From Schmidtea polychroa (lineage: Eukaryota), in assembly GCA_044892525.1 (NCBI GenBank), contig CM097885.1, positions 9,116,001 through 9,180,000 on the forward strand: a DNA stretch of 64,000 bases, in the 5' to 3' direction. The notes beneath the pieces were generated by a model. It was not told where the DNA came from. It did no database searches and saw nothing but the letters and a program-made list of their open reading frames with translations. This document shows, one piece after another, positions 1 through 12,692 of this stretch. A program made the translations under genes and the position numbers. The first letter of the stretch is position 1. Each line of letters begins with the position of its first letter.

Positions 1-1
1 C

Positions 2-202
2 TTGATTGATTTTCTTGCACGTCAAGCTTACCCTAATAACCGTAATTTTCTTATCAAAGCATTTCAAGTTGCTACGAAAATACCGCATGGATATATATTT
101 CTCGATTTCACACAACAATGTCCTGATGATATACGGATAAAAACAGATATTTTCAACCCAAAAGGTGCCATGGTTTATAAACAAAGTTCAAAACAAATTT
201 GA
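2..202 (+). pseudogene. Polinton packaging ATPase (FtsK/A32-like), C-terminal part
   Basis: LARQAYP...PHGYIFLDFTQQCPDDIRIKTDIF; the mirror copy extends upstream to GVTVIFITQNLFHQGG. Confidence 0.85.
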
Positions 203-369
203 AAACATATAAATCATGTTTTCAAAAACAAGGATATCAGGTTAAAAACAACTAAAAGTTCCACCAACAACTAGTTATACTCCATCTAAAGAACTTATTA
301 CAGAAAATATTTCTGCAATGAATCTTATTTCGAAAAATCCTAAACCTCTAACCTAAAAGTAAAACAAGT

Positions 370-693
370 AAGAAAGTAAAAGTTGTTAAAAATCATCGGA
401 GTTTCCCGTTTTTTAATACATTGTTAAAGGCACCAAGTATGAAAAGAAACAGTATTTTGCAATCATTTCCAAATTATATTGTCGATATTATACTTAAAGT
501 AGTCAAAGGCAAGATTAAAATCAGTAAATCTAAAAAGCAATTACTGAGTAAAGAAAACCTTTGTTATCATTAGTAAATAATAAAAATCGTCAACAAATGA
601 GAAAAATTATATATAAACAACAAGGGAAATTTATCGGTGCATTGATACCTTTAGCAATATCATTATTAGGTGGAATAATAGGAAGTCGATCAT
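370..693 (+). pseudogene. Small basic Polinton ORF remnant with C-terminal QxGxF-amphipathic segment
   Basis: Hand translation across frameshifts gives ...LLKAPSMKRNSILQSFP...KQQGKFIGALIPLAISLLGGIIGS; lies between ATPase and integrase. Confidence 0.45.
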
Positions 694-756
694 AAACAAT
701 GAGTGCTAATCCTTCATTACCCGACATTAAATTTAATATTAAATCTTCTTGTTGTA

Positions 757-1148
757 ATGGATAAGATTTGGACGAACCCCGAAGACGAAGCCGGTTTTGG
801 TGGAGTCGCAAAAATAAAGAAAAGAGTTCCGAATTCGAAAAAGGAAACCCAGAAGTTTGAACAGTTTGTACAGTTTGAACAAACCAATGCAGAAACGATT
901 TCCAACAAGAGCATATAAAACATGGAATAAATGATTTATGGCAAATGGATTTGATGGAGATGATACCCTATTCGAAAATTAACATTCGGTATAAATATAT
1001 TTTAACATGTATTGACGTATTCAGTTGGTTTGCTCGAGCAATACCAGTCAAGGTCAAAATCTGCAGATGAAATGTCAAAAGCTGTTAATAATTTATTTAA
1101 AAAGGACATCCTAATAACTTGCAAACGGATTTAGGTAATATTATTAAA

Positions 1149-1225
<77 letters not shown>

Positions 1226-1232
1226 GATTATG

Positions 1233-1273
<41 letters not shown>

Positions 1274-1901
1274 AGGTAAAGAATTCTACAACAGTAAAGT
1301 CAAGCAAATCCTCAATAAATTGAATATAAACCATTACTCGGTACATTATCAATACAAAGCTGCTCATGTTGAAAGATTTAAATGAACATTGAGAGATAGA
1401 TTAAAGAAATTCTTTGTACATCAAGGTAATAAAAAATGGATATTGGTTTTACCAAAAATAATAACCAGTTATAATCATTCATCACATCGAGGACTGAATA
1501 GATTAATGCCGATTGATATCACTTCAAAAACATTCTATTCTACAAAACCTGTAAAAATTACAAAACCTAAATATAAAGTAGGTGACCATGTTAGAATTAG
1601 TAAAATTAGTGCATCACCATTTATTAAACATTTCGATACAAATTAGAATGATGAAGTCTTTGTAATTTCAAAAGTAAATACTAGCCAGAGTCCTGTAATG
1701 ATTGTCATCAAAGACAATGATAATAATATTGTACAAGGAAAATTTTATGAGCAAGAATTACAAGTTATTCCTCCTCCAAAAGTATTTAGAATTCAAAAGA
1801 TATTGAAAACTAAAAAGGTCGGCAAGGATAAACAATACTATGTCAAGTGGCATGGATATCAAAACCCATCATGGATATCAAAAAAGGACCTTGTAAAGTG
1901 A
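757..1901 (+). pseudogene. Polinton retroviral-like (rve) integrase with C-terminal chromodomain, disrupted
   Basis: MDKIWTNPEDEAGFGG, WQMDL, CIDVFS, QTDLG-KEF, AHVERF, YNHSSHR, YKVGDHVRIS, GKFYEQELQ, YYVKWHGY..PSWI; several stops and frameshifts plus an (ATT)n insert. Confidence 0.95.
1139..1273 (+). repeat. (ATT)n microsatellite insert flanked by duplicated AGGTAA
   Basis: aggtaa at 1133-1138 and 1274-1279 around an (ATT)n tract. Confidence 0.95.
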
Positions 1902-2482
1902 ATTTTTATACTATTTTACCAAGCAATAGTTGCCCATTAATTCATCCAGATAATCAAGCCAGCAAATTTATGGTCAATCTCCAGAATCCGATTTCTTTAA
2001 ATAGTGACTGAGAAGTTGCACTGCAAGATTTTACATTCGTGTACAACACATTCCTATTTTATAGTCAATGTAAGATTTATTTCAAAAGATCTCATACTGC
2101 TTCCAGCTCAATTTTCAAAAACTTTGGTGTTACTTCATTGACTTTGTCTAAAATTACTGATTATAGAGAAACATATACTCAAGATTTCGAACGTGATAAT
2201 TACTGTGCTACATATATGCAAAGTATTGTTAGAAATCTGGGTTATTTAGATAAAAATTTGAATTGTGGAATAACTCTTGAAGAATTTAAAATCAAATACC
2301 CATTTTTCACATTTGTTTTAGCCCCCGAGTTTGATTTAAATCAGAGTCAACTACCACAAAACGTCAATTTACGACTGGATATAAAGTTTGCAAAGGCCAT
2401 TACAGAACTGGTACATGTTATTATATATGGAGTATTGGAAAATGAAGTTCAAATTACTGCAAATAGAACCGTGCTAGTATAA
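1898..2482 (+). pseudogene. Deletion fusion of minor capsid (penton/PX) N-terminus to major capsid (PY) C-terminus
   Basis: NFYTILPSNS..HPDNQASKFMVNLQNPISLNSD*EVALQD (penton-type start) runs into GITLEEF..YPFFTFVLAP..LRLDIKFAKA..VIIYGVLENEVQITANRTV (Polinton MCP-type end). Confidence 0.8.
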
Positions 2483-2547
2483 ATGTAAACAGAAATATAG
2501 AAATTTGTCATGGAGTTAGTGTTTTTGATACTGTTTAATTTTATTAC

Positions 2548-2895
2548 AGTAGTTCTGTTCAGGTTAATCGAATTGGAAAACAAATATTAGGAAATGAATT
2601 TTTAGGAGTTTTTCCTATCGATAAAATTGCTTATTTGAGCAATAATCAAGCCGTAATCGTCAATACTCATTCGTATCATCTTGGTGGAGAACATTGGATA
2701 GCTATATGTGTGAAACCTAGTGATATATTCGTATTCGATCCTATGGGTTTCTATTATCCTACTTTGTTGATATCTAAACTGCAAACAATTGGGAAAGCTA
2801 TTGTATATAATAAAACTATGTTTCAAAATCCATTGACTCAAACATGCGGTCAACACTGTTTGGCATGGTTGTTGTATAAAAAATTTGATGCTTAA
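2548..2895 (+). pseudogene. Adenain-like (adenoviral C5 family) cysteine protease
   Basis: FLGVFPID, IVNTH..GEHWIA, FDPMG, QNPLTQTCGQHC: catalytic H-D-Q-C present; no clear start codon. Confidence 0.9.
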
Positions 2896-3072
2896 TAAAT
2901 GTATACTGTATCATTTGTTTTTTATTTGTTGACAAAGATATATAATTAATTTAAAAAATATTATTATTATTTGTTAAATATTATTATTTTATGTTTAAAA
3001 TTATTATGTCATACTATTACATGTTCAGTGCATGCACAGTGCAAAGTAACAAAGCACTGAGTAATAAAGGCA

Positions 3073-5276
3073 TTGTATACATTGCCTAAAAATAAATATT
3101 TAGAATTTACTGATTGGAGTAAAACAGTCACTCCTCCGTTTGTTATTTACACCGACTTTGAGGCTATCTTACCTAAAGACACTCGCTACTTTCAACGTCA
3201 TCTGCTTATTTCTGCTGATATGCTTTTTATTAATAATTTTACCGGCGTAAAAATTAATAACTCGTTCACCGGTTTAGATTGCGTCGATCAATTTCTTACT
3301 GAAATTGAAATGATAGGGAAATATATTGTAACACCTTATTATTATAAACATTATCAAAAGAAAATGATAATTACAGATGAACAACAATTAATGTTTGCAA
3401 ACAGCACATCATGTTATTTGTGCAATAAGCCTTCAGTTAGCCCAGTTAAGGACAATGAATATTTTACCGGTCTATATCTTGGTGCCGCTTGTACGGTTTG
3501 TAATCTGTCAAGGCAAATTAGACATATCCTTCCTGTAGTATTTCATAATTTAAAGGGTTATGATCTGCATCATATCTTGAAATTTGGCCTTTCAAAATAT
3601 CATTCATGGAATATAAGCTGTATTCCTTTAACCAGCGAGAAATTTCTTAGTCTTTTTGCTAGGATTGACTCATTAACCGTTAAATTTATAGACTCTTATC
3701 AATTTGTAAGCGAGTTTTTAAATAATGCTGTCAAAACTTTATCATCTTTACCCTTGACCGAATCAGAATTTCAGGGTACAATAATAACTGCAAAGAGATT
3801 TTTTTCTTATGATGCCACAACTTCATTAGAGGTTTTGCATAACACTCGTCAGTTACCTCCTATTTGGAAAGATGTGACTCCCGCTGAATATGAGACAGCT
3901 CAAAGAATTTGGCTTGAAACTTCATTTACTTCACTTTTTGATTACATGATGGATACCGCTTTGCTTTACATAGATATAAATAATTTATATGGTTGGGCTT
4001 TAAGTCAACCATTACCTTGCAGTGACTTTTAATGGGTTACAGATGATAATTTATTAAATAATATAATTGTTGAGTGCACAACGGTAGATTTAGATCTACT
4101 TGATTATGGTTATACCATAGACGTGGATTTAGAAATACCGACGTCAATTCACGACAAACTGGACGATCTTCCCGTTGCCGCTGAAAAGATGTGTGTACCG
4201 GGTTCGAAAATAGAGAAGATGTTGCTTACACACAGCCCCAAGATGAACTACGTTCTTCATTGGAGGCTTCTGCAAATATTTATTAAATTAGGTGTTAAAA
4301 TATCACAAACTCATAGAGCAATTAAATTTAAACAAGATAAAATTTTCAAAAATTATATTAACACAAATACGGTGTTACGAGCAGCGCCGAGAAATAAACT
4401 TGATAAAAATTTTTATAAATTATTAAACAACAGTCTTTTACGGCAAGACAGTTGAAAATCTTAAAAAAACGTATTAATTTACGTCTGTGTAATTCTTCAC
4501 AGAAATTATTAACATTCTGTTCGAAACCAACTTTTCGAAAATCCACGAAAATAGATGATGACCTGATTTCGGTTTTATTGAGGAAGGATTGTATCTGTTT
4601 GAATAGACCTAGTTACATTGCTCAAACTGTACTAGATTTATCCAAACTCAGGATGTACCAGCAGCAGTATGAACAGTTGCAAAAATATCGCGACGAATTC
4701 AACTGCGAAATTAATATTGTTTCTGCGGACAGAGATTCCTTCTTCTTGGCAATTAAACATTGTAGTCTTGACATTCTTTTACCTGCGATGATTAGAGATC
4801 AATTATTAGATACTTCGAATTTTGACCCAAATCATCCTTTATATAGGAGGAACCTTGATTCTGTCATTGGTAAATTCAAAGACGAGAATAAAGGTTTATT
4901 ATATGAAGATTGGGTATTCTTGAGACCTAAATGTTACAGTTTAATGGGTGATGATGAAAGTATGAAGGCTAAGGGACTAACACATCAGTCGTATCTAGAT
5001 TGTTATTTAAACGATAAAATATACACAGTCCCTCAATTTAGAATAACATCGAAAAATCACCAACTTTTTGGTATTAAAAATAATAAAAGAGCCTTGACAT
5101 GTAGAGATGATAAGCGAAATTGGGTGGATAAAATTCAAAGTTTGGCATATGGCCATTATAGGGGAGGTGACACCGATATATTTATAGATTCAACAGAAGC
5201 TGTCTCAGCAGATGATCCAGATGATTTCCATGATCCAGCAGATGATAATTATTTTGGACATGATTATTTTCGATGA
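3073..5276 (+). pseudogene. polB: Protein-primed B-family DNA polymerase, family A, truncated, internally deleted, frameshifted
   Basis: YTDFE, FHNLKGYD, FIDSY, YIDINNLYG, KLLNNSL, DRDS (decayed DTDS), LRPKCY across ORFs 3073-4032, 4123-4455 and 4452-5276. Confidence 0.95.
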
Positions 5277-5570
5277 TGTGGTTAAATTATTTAATAAATG
5301 TATTGATTTTATTGCCTTGAGTTTTTTAGCAGTACCTTTGTGAACAATTTTTTATACATTATATGTGTGTGTGTGTGTAATAATAATATGTTAAAGTTTT
5401 GCCTTGAATATTTTTTAGCAGTACCTTTGTAAGCAGTACCCATAGGGGGACAGAATATCTTGTCGGATAAACTCAGACTATATATAATAATAATAATATT
5501 GCAAAGTATGTGCAAAGTATATGCAATAATTTTTTTCTGTCGACTTTAGCGTCAAAATAAGTATTTAAAA

Positions 5571-6725
5571 AGTAGGTAGTTAGTGGCTTACGGCAGCAAT
5601 AGGGGGGGGGGGGGGGTAAAAATGTTGGAAACTTTTGATTGCATAACTTTTTCCGTAGACATTTTTTGATTACATAATTGTTGCCGTAATGCCCAATGTT
5701 TTCTGGGATTTTAAATACAAAATTTTTTTTTTTTTTTTTTTTTTTTCAATAAACAAGCCAAGGATAAATATTATTTGGGTGGGTCTCCTTGGTCCTGAGA
5801 ATTTCAATAGAAAAAGGTAGTCTTCAATAAAAAAGCATGGATTTTTCACACTATAGTGAGGGGATCTTCTTGGTCATGAGAATTTCAATAGAAAAGGTGG
5901 TTTACATTAAAAAACGCATAGTAAATTTTTAAAATAAAGCAAATTATGGGTCTAAAATTTAAAAATAAAGTAAATGATGGATCTAAAAATTTAAGTAAAT
6001 CAAGGTTCAGATTTATTTTTGAAATAAAGTAAATTATGGTCTAAATAAGTAAATTATGGGCTAAGATTTTTCAATTAAAGTAAATAATGGTTCTAAAAAA
6101 TTAAATTACAGTAAATTATGGTCCAAATTTTTAAATTAAAGTAAATTATGGTTCTTAAAAATTAAATTAAAGTAAATTATGGTCAAAATTTTTGAATTAC
6201 AGTCCAAAAATTTAAATTAAAGTAAATTATGATCCAAATTTTTAAATTAAAGTAAATAATGGTTCTAAAAAATTAAATTAAAGTAAATAATGGTCCAAAT
6301 ATTTTAAATTACAGTAAATAATGGTTCTAAAAATTAAATTACAGTAAATAATGGTCAAAAATTTTAAAATTAAAGTAAATTATGGTTCTAAAAATTAAAT
6401 TAAAGTTAATTAAGGTCCAAATTTTAAAATTAAATAATCAATGGTAAAAAAAATTTAAATTAAAGTTAAATAAGTAAATTAAAGTAATAATTTTTAAATA
6501 AGTAAATTAAAGTAATGTAATAAGTAAATTAAAGTAAGATTTTTAAATTTATTAACAAAAATAGAAGGTGTTTGAGAATTGAAATTTTTTAATGGAAATT
6601 TTAATGAATTATTTTTTAAGTAATTTTTAATAGAAATTTTTATGAATAATTTTCAATGGTAATTTTTAATGGAAATTTTAATAGAATAATTTTTAAGATA
6701 ATTTTTAATGAAAATTTTTATGAAA
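5571..6725 (+). repeat. Polinton family B terminal inverted repeat (5'-AGTAGGTAG end, G-tract, ~30-bp subterminal tandem array)
   Basis: Homologous to the TSD-flanked ends at 59993/62674 and 42434/59320; array of aaagtaaattatggttctaaaaaattaaatt at ~5930-6560. Confidence 0.9.
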
Positions 6726-6726
6726 T

Positions 6727-6794
<68 letters not shown>

Positions 6795-6981
6795 TAATAT
6801 TAATAATATATCAACCAAATACTATACAACACATAAAAAATTAACTAAACACATAAAAATAACTAGGCACATAACAAAACATATAAACATTAACTAAACA
6901 CATAAAAATGAACTAGACACATAACAAACATAAAAATTTACCAAATAACAAATGTAAAGATATAAAATTTATTCAATAAAA

Positions 6982-9900
6982 TTAGTCCTCATCGGACAAA
7001 ATAACGTCATCGATATCGATGTCATCTTCTCCAAAATCTTCATTTAATTCTTCCTCATCTTCTCCATTTTTCTCCAACATTTTCTGAAACATTTTCTGCA
7101 ACAATTTCTCCAACATTTTCTCCAATATTTAATTCACTTAATCTTACATGCCCATATGCAAGACTAGTATTTTTCCCCACCCAAACCCTTTTGTCATCTT
7201 TGTTAGTTAGTGCTATTTTTGTGTTTTTAATTGTAAAAATTTGATGATTTTTGCTTGTTATTTTAGTCTGAGGAACCGAAAAAATCTGGTTAGTGTTATA
7301 ACAATCCAGGTATGACTGATGTTTTATGTCACTACCTTTCAATGTTACACCTTTAGCCTTTTTTGTTTCCTCATCACCCAACAAACTATAACATTTAGGT
7401 CTAAGAAAAACCCGCTCCTTATATTTAAGACCTTTATTCTCGTCTTTGAACTTTCCAATGACTGAATCAAGGTTCTTACTATATAAGGAATGACAACTAT
7501 TGTAATTGGAAGTATCCAATAAATTATCTCGAACCATTGCAGGTAAAAGAACCTCAAGTTTGCAGTTAATGACTTCGAGGAAAAAAGAATCTGTATCACC
7601 TGCAACGATATTAATTTTACAATTAAACTCATTGCGAAATGATTCCAGATCCTTATATTGCAATTCATACATTCTAAGTTTAGATAGATCAAGTACAGAT
7701 TGACCAATGTAACTCGGTCTATCTAAACATATAGAATCGGAATTCAATAGTGCTGCAATTAAATTATCTGCTATTTTAATAGATTTTTTAAAAGTCGGTT
7801 TTGACGAATATTTAACTAATTTACCGGCAGTTGTACAAAGACGAAGATTCATTCTTCTCTTTAAATTTTCAACTGTTTTGCCGTATAAACTATTATTTAG
7901 CAATTTATAATAATTTTTATCTAAGCTATTTACGCTTTTTGATCTTAATTCGGTATTTGTATCTATATATTTTTTAAAAATTGGTGATTGCTTAAATCTT
8001 ACACCCCTATTTACACGTGTTACTTTAACACCAAGTTCCAAATATAATTTTAATAATCTCCAATGAATAACATAATTAGATTTTGGAAGATGAGTTAATA
8101 ATAATTTTTCAACCTTAGACCCAGCAGGTTTCATTTTTTCAGCAGCTACAGGGAAATCATCCAACTTATCATGAAGCTCAGAAGGAATTACAAGATCAAC
8201 TTCAAGTGTGTATCCATAAGACAAAGATTCAAGATTTAAATTCCTACATTCATCCATTATTTTATCAAATCCATCAAGAACCCAACAAAATTCGCCACAA
8301 GGTAATGATTGACTTAAAGCCCAGCCATAAAGATTATTAATATCTATATATAGTAACTCAGTGTTCTCGTCGGTTTTTACGTAATGCTTATTCACAAAAG
8401 TAAGACCGCCTCTTATTCCACCCTCATAAAAGCTAAACATTTCGTTTTCAGTTATGAGTTCAATTGGTTCATTTAAAGACATTAATGCAGAAGACCAAGA
8501 CATGCCTGGAATTCCGAAATAATTCAATGGTTCCAATCTATTGTGAGCAATGGATTTCAACCGAAACTGATGAAAGAAATCAGCCAAAAGAAAACAATCA
8601 AGTTTTAGGTAGATCATCATATAATCTAATAAAGTTACGCAATTAGTTTCTACCCAAATCTCCTGAGCTTTTTCATACTCAAGCTCAGTGACACCCTCCC
8701 AGATTGGTGGTAATTCATAAGTAGTTTGGAGAATATCTAAAGAAGTGGCGAAATTATAAGGGAAGATTCCTTTTTCACTTACTATGGTGCCAGAAAAAGC
8801 AGAATTAGTAAAAGGCAAAGAATTCAAAGTTTTGACTGCTTTAGCCAAAGAATCATTGACAAATTGATACGAATCAATGAATCTTAGGCTAATTTTACCT
8901 AAATGAGCAATCAAAGATATAAATTTTTCCGTAGTTATTGGGATGCACCCTAAATTCCAATTTTTAAATTTATTTAATCCATATTTAAGTATATGGTGCA
9001 TATCGTATCCCTTCAAGTTGTGAAATACGATAGGCAAAATTTTATTTATTTTCCTATTTACGTTACATGTGCTACAAGCTGCACCCATGTATTTCCCCGT
9101 AAAATGATCGTGATCTCTAACAGGATCGACGATAGATTTCATACAAAGATAACAAACAGATGCACTAACAAATTGACGTTGTTCAATTTTTGTTAATTTC
9201 ATCATAGGTTTCCTACCCATTTTATAATAAAAAGGAAGAACCTTATTTAATGCTATATCCTCTATAGCACTTAAAAAACTCTCGACGCAATCTAAACCTA
9301 TGAACTGCTGATAAGATTTAGATCCGTCAAAGTTATTTACAAGTAAAAGACCAGCAGATATTGGCATGTGTCGTTGGAAATGATCATTATCAGAAGGTAA
9401 AATAGCCTCAAAATCTGCATAAACTACAAAAGGAGGAGTTACTGTTTTCGACCAGTCAGTAAACTGTAATAATTTATTTTGAGGGAAGGTGTAAAGAGTT
9501 GTTCCTAATTGATTACGTTTACATAATATTTCATGTTTTTCTAGCGCGTGTTTATTATTAAACCCATTCAAACACCGATGGCACCATAATGAACGTATGC
9601 GTGTAGGACAACTAGTGTTGATATGACAATTCATTAACTTATTTAAATTACTTATAGCAACGTAATGGAAATTGTTTCCTTTATTTAATAATAGTAAATT
9701 AATTACAGTTCCATTTAAAACTTTGGAACGATGTATAATATCTAAATGTGGGTGTTTTAATACGTAATTATCTATTAATTGTTTGTTATTGTCATAAGAA
9801 AAAACGTTAATTATTAAGCCTGGATTTTTGGCCTCGAATTTTCTAATATCTTTTAATTTCATGGGTAAGTCCAATGGATTATATATTAATTCAGATAAAT

Positions 9901-10760
9901 TATAACTGGATGTCCTATTTCTAGCATAACTACTAACCTCATCATATTTTAAAATAGCTAAAATGCTATATAAAAAACATGAATCATCGGTGTTTTTTAT
10001 ATTAATTAAACAATATTTATTTTTTAGATAAGTAGGTGTTTCAATGAAACTCCTACCACTTAATCTACTTAGCCTACTTATCTTTGTTATGGTGAAGTGA
10101 ATTTCTGTTATTTTTTTTTATGATCCAGCTACTTCCTAACTCTGTGATATTACTTATTTTCTCGTTTAGTTCCCTAATGCCTTCGTCAAAAAATGATGCA
10201 GTTAAAGGCTTTGCATAATTTGAGATATTATTAACCTTTATTTCCCCGTCTTTTTCAAATTCGATTGTTATTCCGAATTGAATTTTGACGGAGCCTAATT
10301 CGTTAATAATATCTCGTAATTTTTTTATTAGTTGTTCAGGAAATATTATTTCTTTTATATTTAAGTCGCTTGTATTTAAGCTTAATATTTGATGGGTACC
10401 TCTTAGATCTTTTTGTATTATTGGAACATTTCCACCTATTTGTATTATATTTAATCCATCCCAAGAGTCAAGGGAAATATTATCTAATCCGACCTGGGAT
10501 TCAACAACCAATCCATCATGGGATTCGACAACCAATCCATCATTGGATTCCACAAAAGGCAATCCGACCTGGGATTCAAAAGAAGAAGTATCTAATTTAA
10601 TTTTTTAATTTTTATTATTTTTTTCTATAGTTGAGGGTCTTTTAAAAACACTATCTTTTTTAAAATTAAACCTATCTAAATGATTTTTATGTTTATTATA
10701 AAAAACGCTATATGTTACGGGGTCACTAGTCTTACATACGGGACATATTTTAAAACACAT
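6982..10760 (-). pseudogene. polB: Protein-primed DNA polymerase B, family B, near intact (939-aa open core 7055..9874)
   Basis: Exo motifs YADFE, FHNLKGYD, YLKLD; Pol motifs YIDINNLYG, KLLNNSLYGK, GDTDS; CxxC..DHDH..CxxCN insert; one in-frame stop and two +1 A-run frameshifts separate the N- and C-termini. Confidence 0.95.
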
Positions 10761-11194
10761 TTTGACGCTAAAGTTGACTTATTTAACATTTTCATAATAA
10801 TTTAATAAAAATAATGTGATGAACCCACAAAGTAATATCATTTTTCATCAAATTGCAAAACAGTAATAACGTTTTCATAAAATTGTAACAAAGTAATAAC
10901 ATATTTCAGATAAATTTTCAACAGTTGTAAAATATTTAAGCAAATTGTAACAAGATTAGAAAATATTACAACAAAGTAGTAACATATTTCAGAAAATTTC
11001 AACAAATTTGTAAAATATTTATCAAATTGTAACTAAAATAATAAAAATATTGCAACAAAGTAATAAAATAATAATGGTAATTAAGACAAATCAATACATT
11101 ATTTCGAAGACGGACAACAAATTAAAAAGAATATTGTAACTAAAATAATAAAAATATTGCAACAAAGTAATAAAATAATACAACATTTTAAACT

Positions 11195-11620
11195 CTAGAT
11201 CAATCCATTTTATAGAAAATTAAATTTTATCTATATAATATATGAATAAATATCCAAGGAAATTACGTTAACGTATAATAAATACAAATTTATCGTAAAA
11301 ACATGTGTGTATTACACACAAAACAAGATACATAATTTCTAATCAATCCATTTTATAGAAAATTAAATTTTATCTATATATTATATGAATAAAATCCTAA
11401 GAAAATTACGTTAACTGTATGAAAAATACAAATTTATCATAAAAACATGTGTGTATTACACACAACATACGAGACATAATTTTTAATCAAGCTATTTTAT
11501 AGAAAATTAAATTTTATCTATATAATATATGAATAAAAATCCAAGAAAATTACGTTAACCGCGCGAAAAACTACAAATTTATTGTAAAAACATGTGTGCA
11601 TTACACACAAAGCATCAAAC
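11195..11620. repeat. Three ~145-bp tandem repeats with internal palindromes (mirror at ~12805-13228)
   Basis: Repeated ttttatagaaaattaaattttatctatata...ttacgttaac...aaaaacatgtgtgtattacacaca. Confidence 0.9.
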
Positions 11621-11730
11621 TGAAATTGTAATTGCGCGATGTTGTAGAGAATTAAATTCTGCCTATACATGGTTACACTTAAATCTCGATCAGACATGTG
11701 AAAAGAGACATAAAAGATAAAAAACAGTAG

Positions 11731-12692
11731 AGTAGTATGATGTGGGCTCCCCCGGCCATGTCCCCTCCAGATCACATATACCCCCTCCCCCCCCCCCGGG
11801 AAAAAATTTTATTTTTTTTTTAGAACGATGCCTAATATTTTTAGAACTATTACGTAATCAATGCCTAATATTTTTAGAACGAAGCCTAATATTTTTAGAA
11901 CTATTACGTAATTTTTTTTAAATTAAGTGATCCAGCGGGGACCTACTTTTTTTCTTCCCAAAAGTAATGTTCCCGCCAACAAATTTTATTAACCGATACC
12001 TCATCTTCAAGCTCAGTCCAAGACCTTTCGAATGAGCTATAGGTATCTTATATATCTTTAATAGTTTTAATGTTATTAACAATTGATGACCACCATCTTT
12101 TCAACGTTAAATTATTATTATTTTTCAAAATATTATTAAGTGATCCAGCGGGGACCTACTTTTTTTCATCCCAAAAATTAATGTTCCTGCCAACAGATTT
12201 TATTGACCGATAGCTTATTTTAAAGCTCTGTGCAAGAACTTTCTAATGAGATATAGATTTTTATCATACGATGACTCATCACATTTTTAGAACAAAGACA
12301 ATGACTCATCACATTTTTAGAATGATGTCTAATATTTTAGAATGATGCCTAATATTTTTAGAATGATTACGTCATACTTTTAGAACGAAGCCTAATATTT
12401 TTAGAATGATGCCTAATATTTTTAGAACTATTACGTAATCAATGCCTAATATTTTTAGAACTATTACGTAATTTTTTTAAATTAATTGGTCCAGCGGTGA
12501 CCTACTTTTTTTCTTCCCAAAAGTAATGTTTCCATCATCCGAATTTATTAATCAAACACTTATTTTAAAGCCCAGTGCAAAATCTATATACTGATATATA
12601 AATATTATTATTAACATTATTTTACACACGGGGGGGAGGGGGTATATGTGGCCGAGCGGGCTCCTGGCCGGGCGGGCCCACATCATACTACT
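11731..12692. mobile_element. Putative ~960-bp non-autonomous element with AGTAGT...ACTACT ends forming the palindrome centre
   Basis: agtagtatgatgtgggc / gcccacatcatactact ends; imperfect inner IR (cacatataccccctcccc / ggggagggggtatatgtg); internal direct repeats; similar end at ~63625-63639. Confidence 0.55.

Larger units (their letters stand above)
1..5290 (+). mobile_element. Decayed Polinton/Maverick gene cassette (family A), left copy
   Basis: Co-oriented ATPase, integrase, capsid, cysteine protease and pPolB remnants with stops, frameshifts and deletions. Confidence 0.93.

Noticed and set aside
1119..1385. Poly-Ile/Asn/Leu ORFs (also 6656, 17579, 23030, 41718, 45342, 55620, 62589, 62678)
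   Set aside because: Translations of (AAT)n microsatellites, not proteins.
7345..9196. Small ORFs overlapping pPolB, TRAF, transposases and ORF 34051
   Set aside because: Alternate-frame or antisense shadows of real coding sequence.
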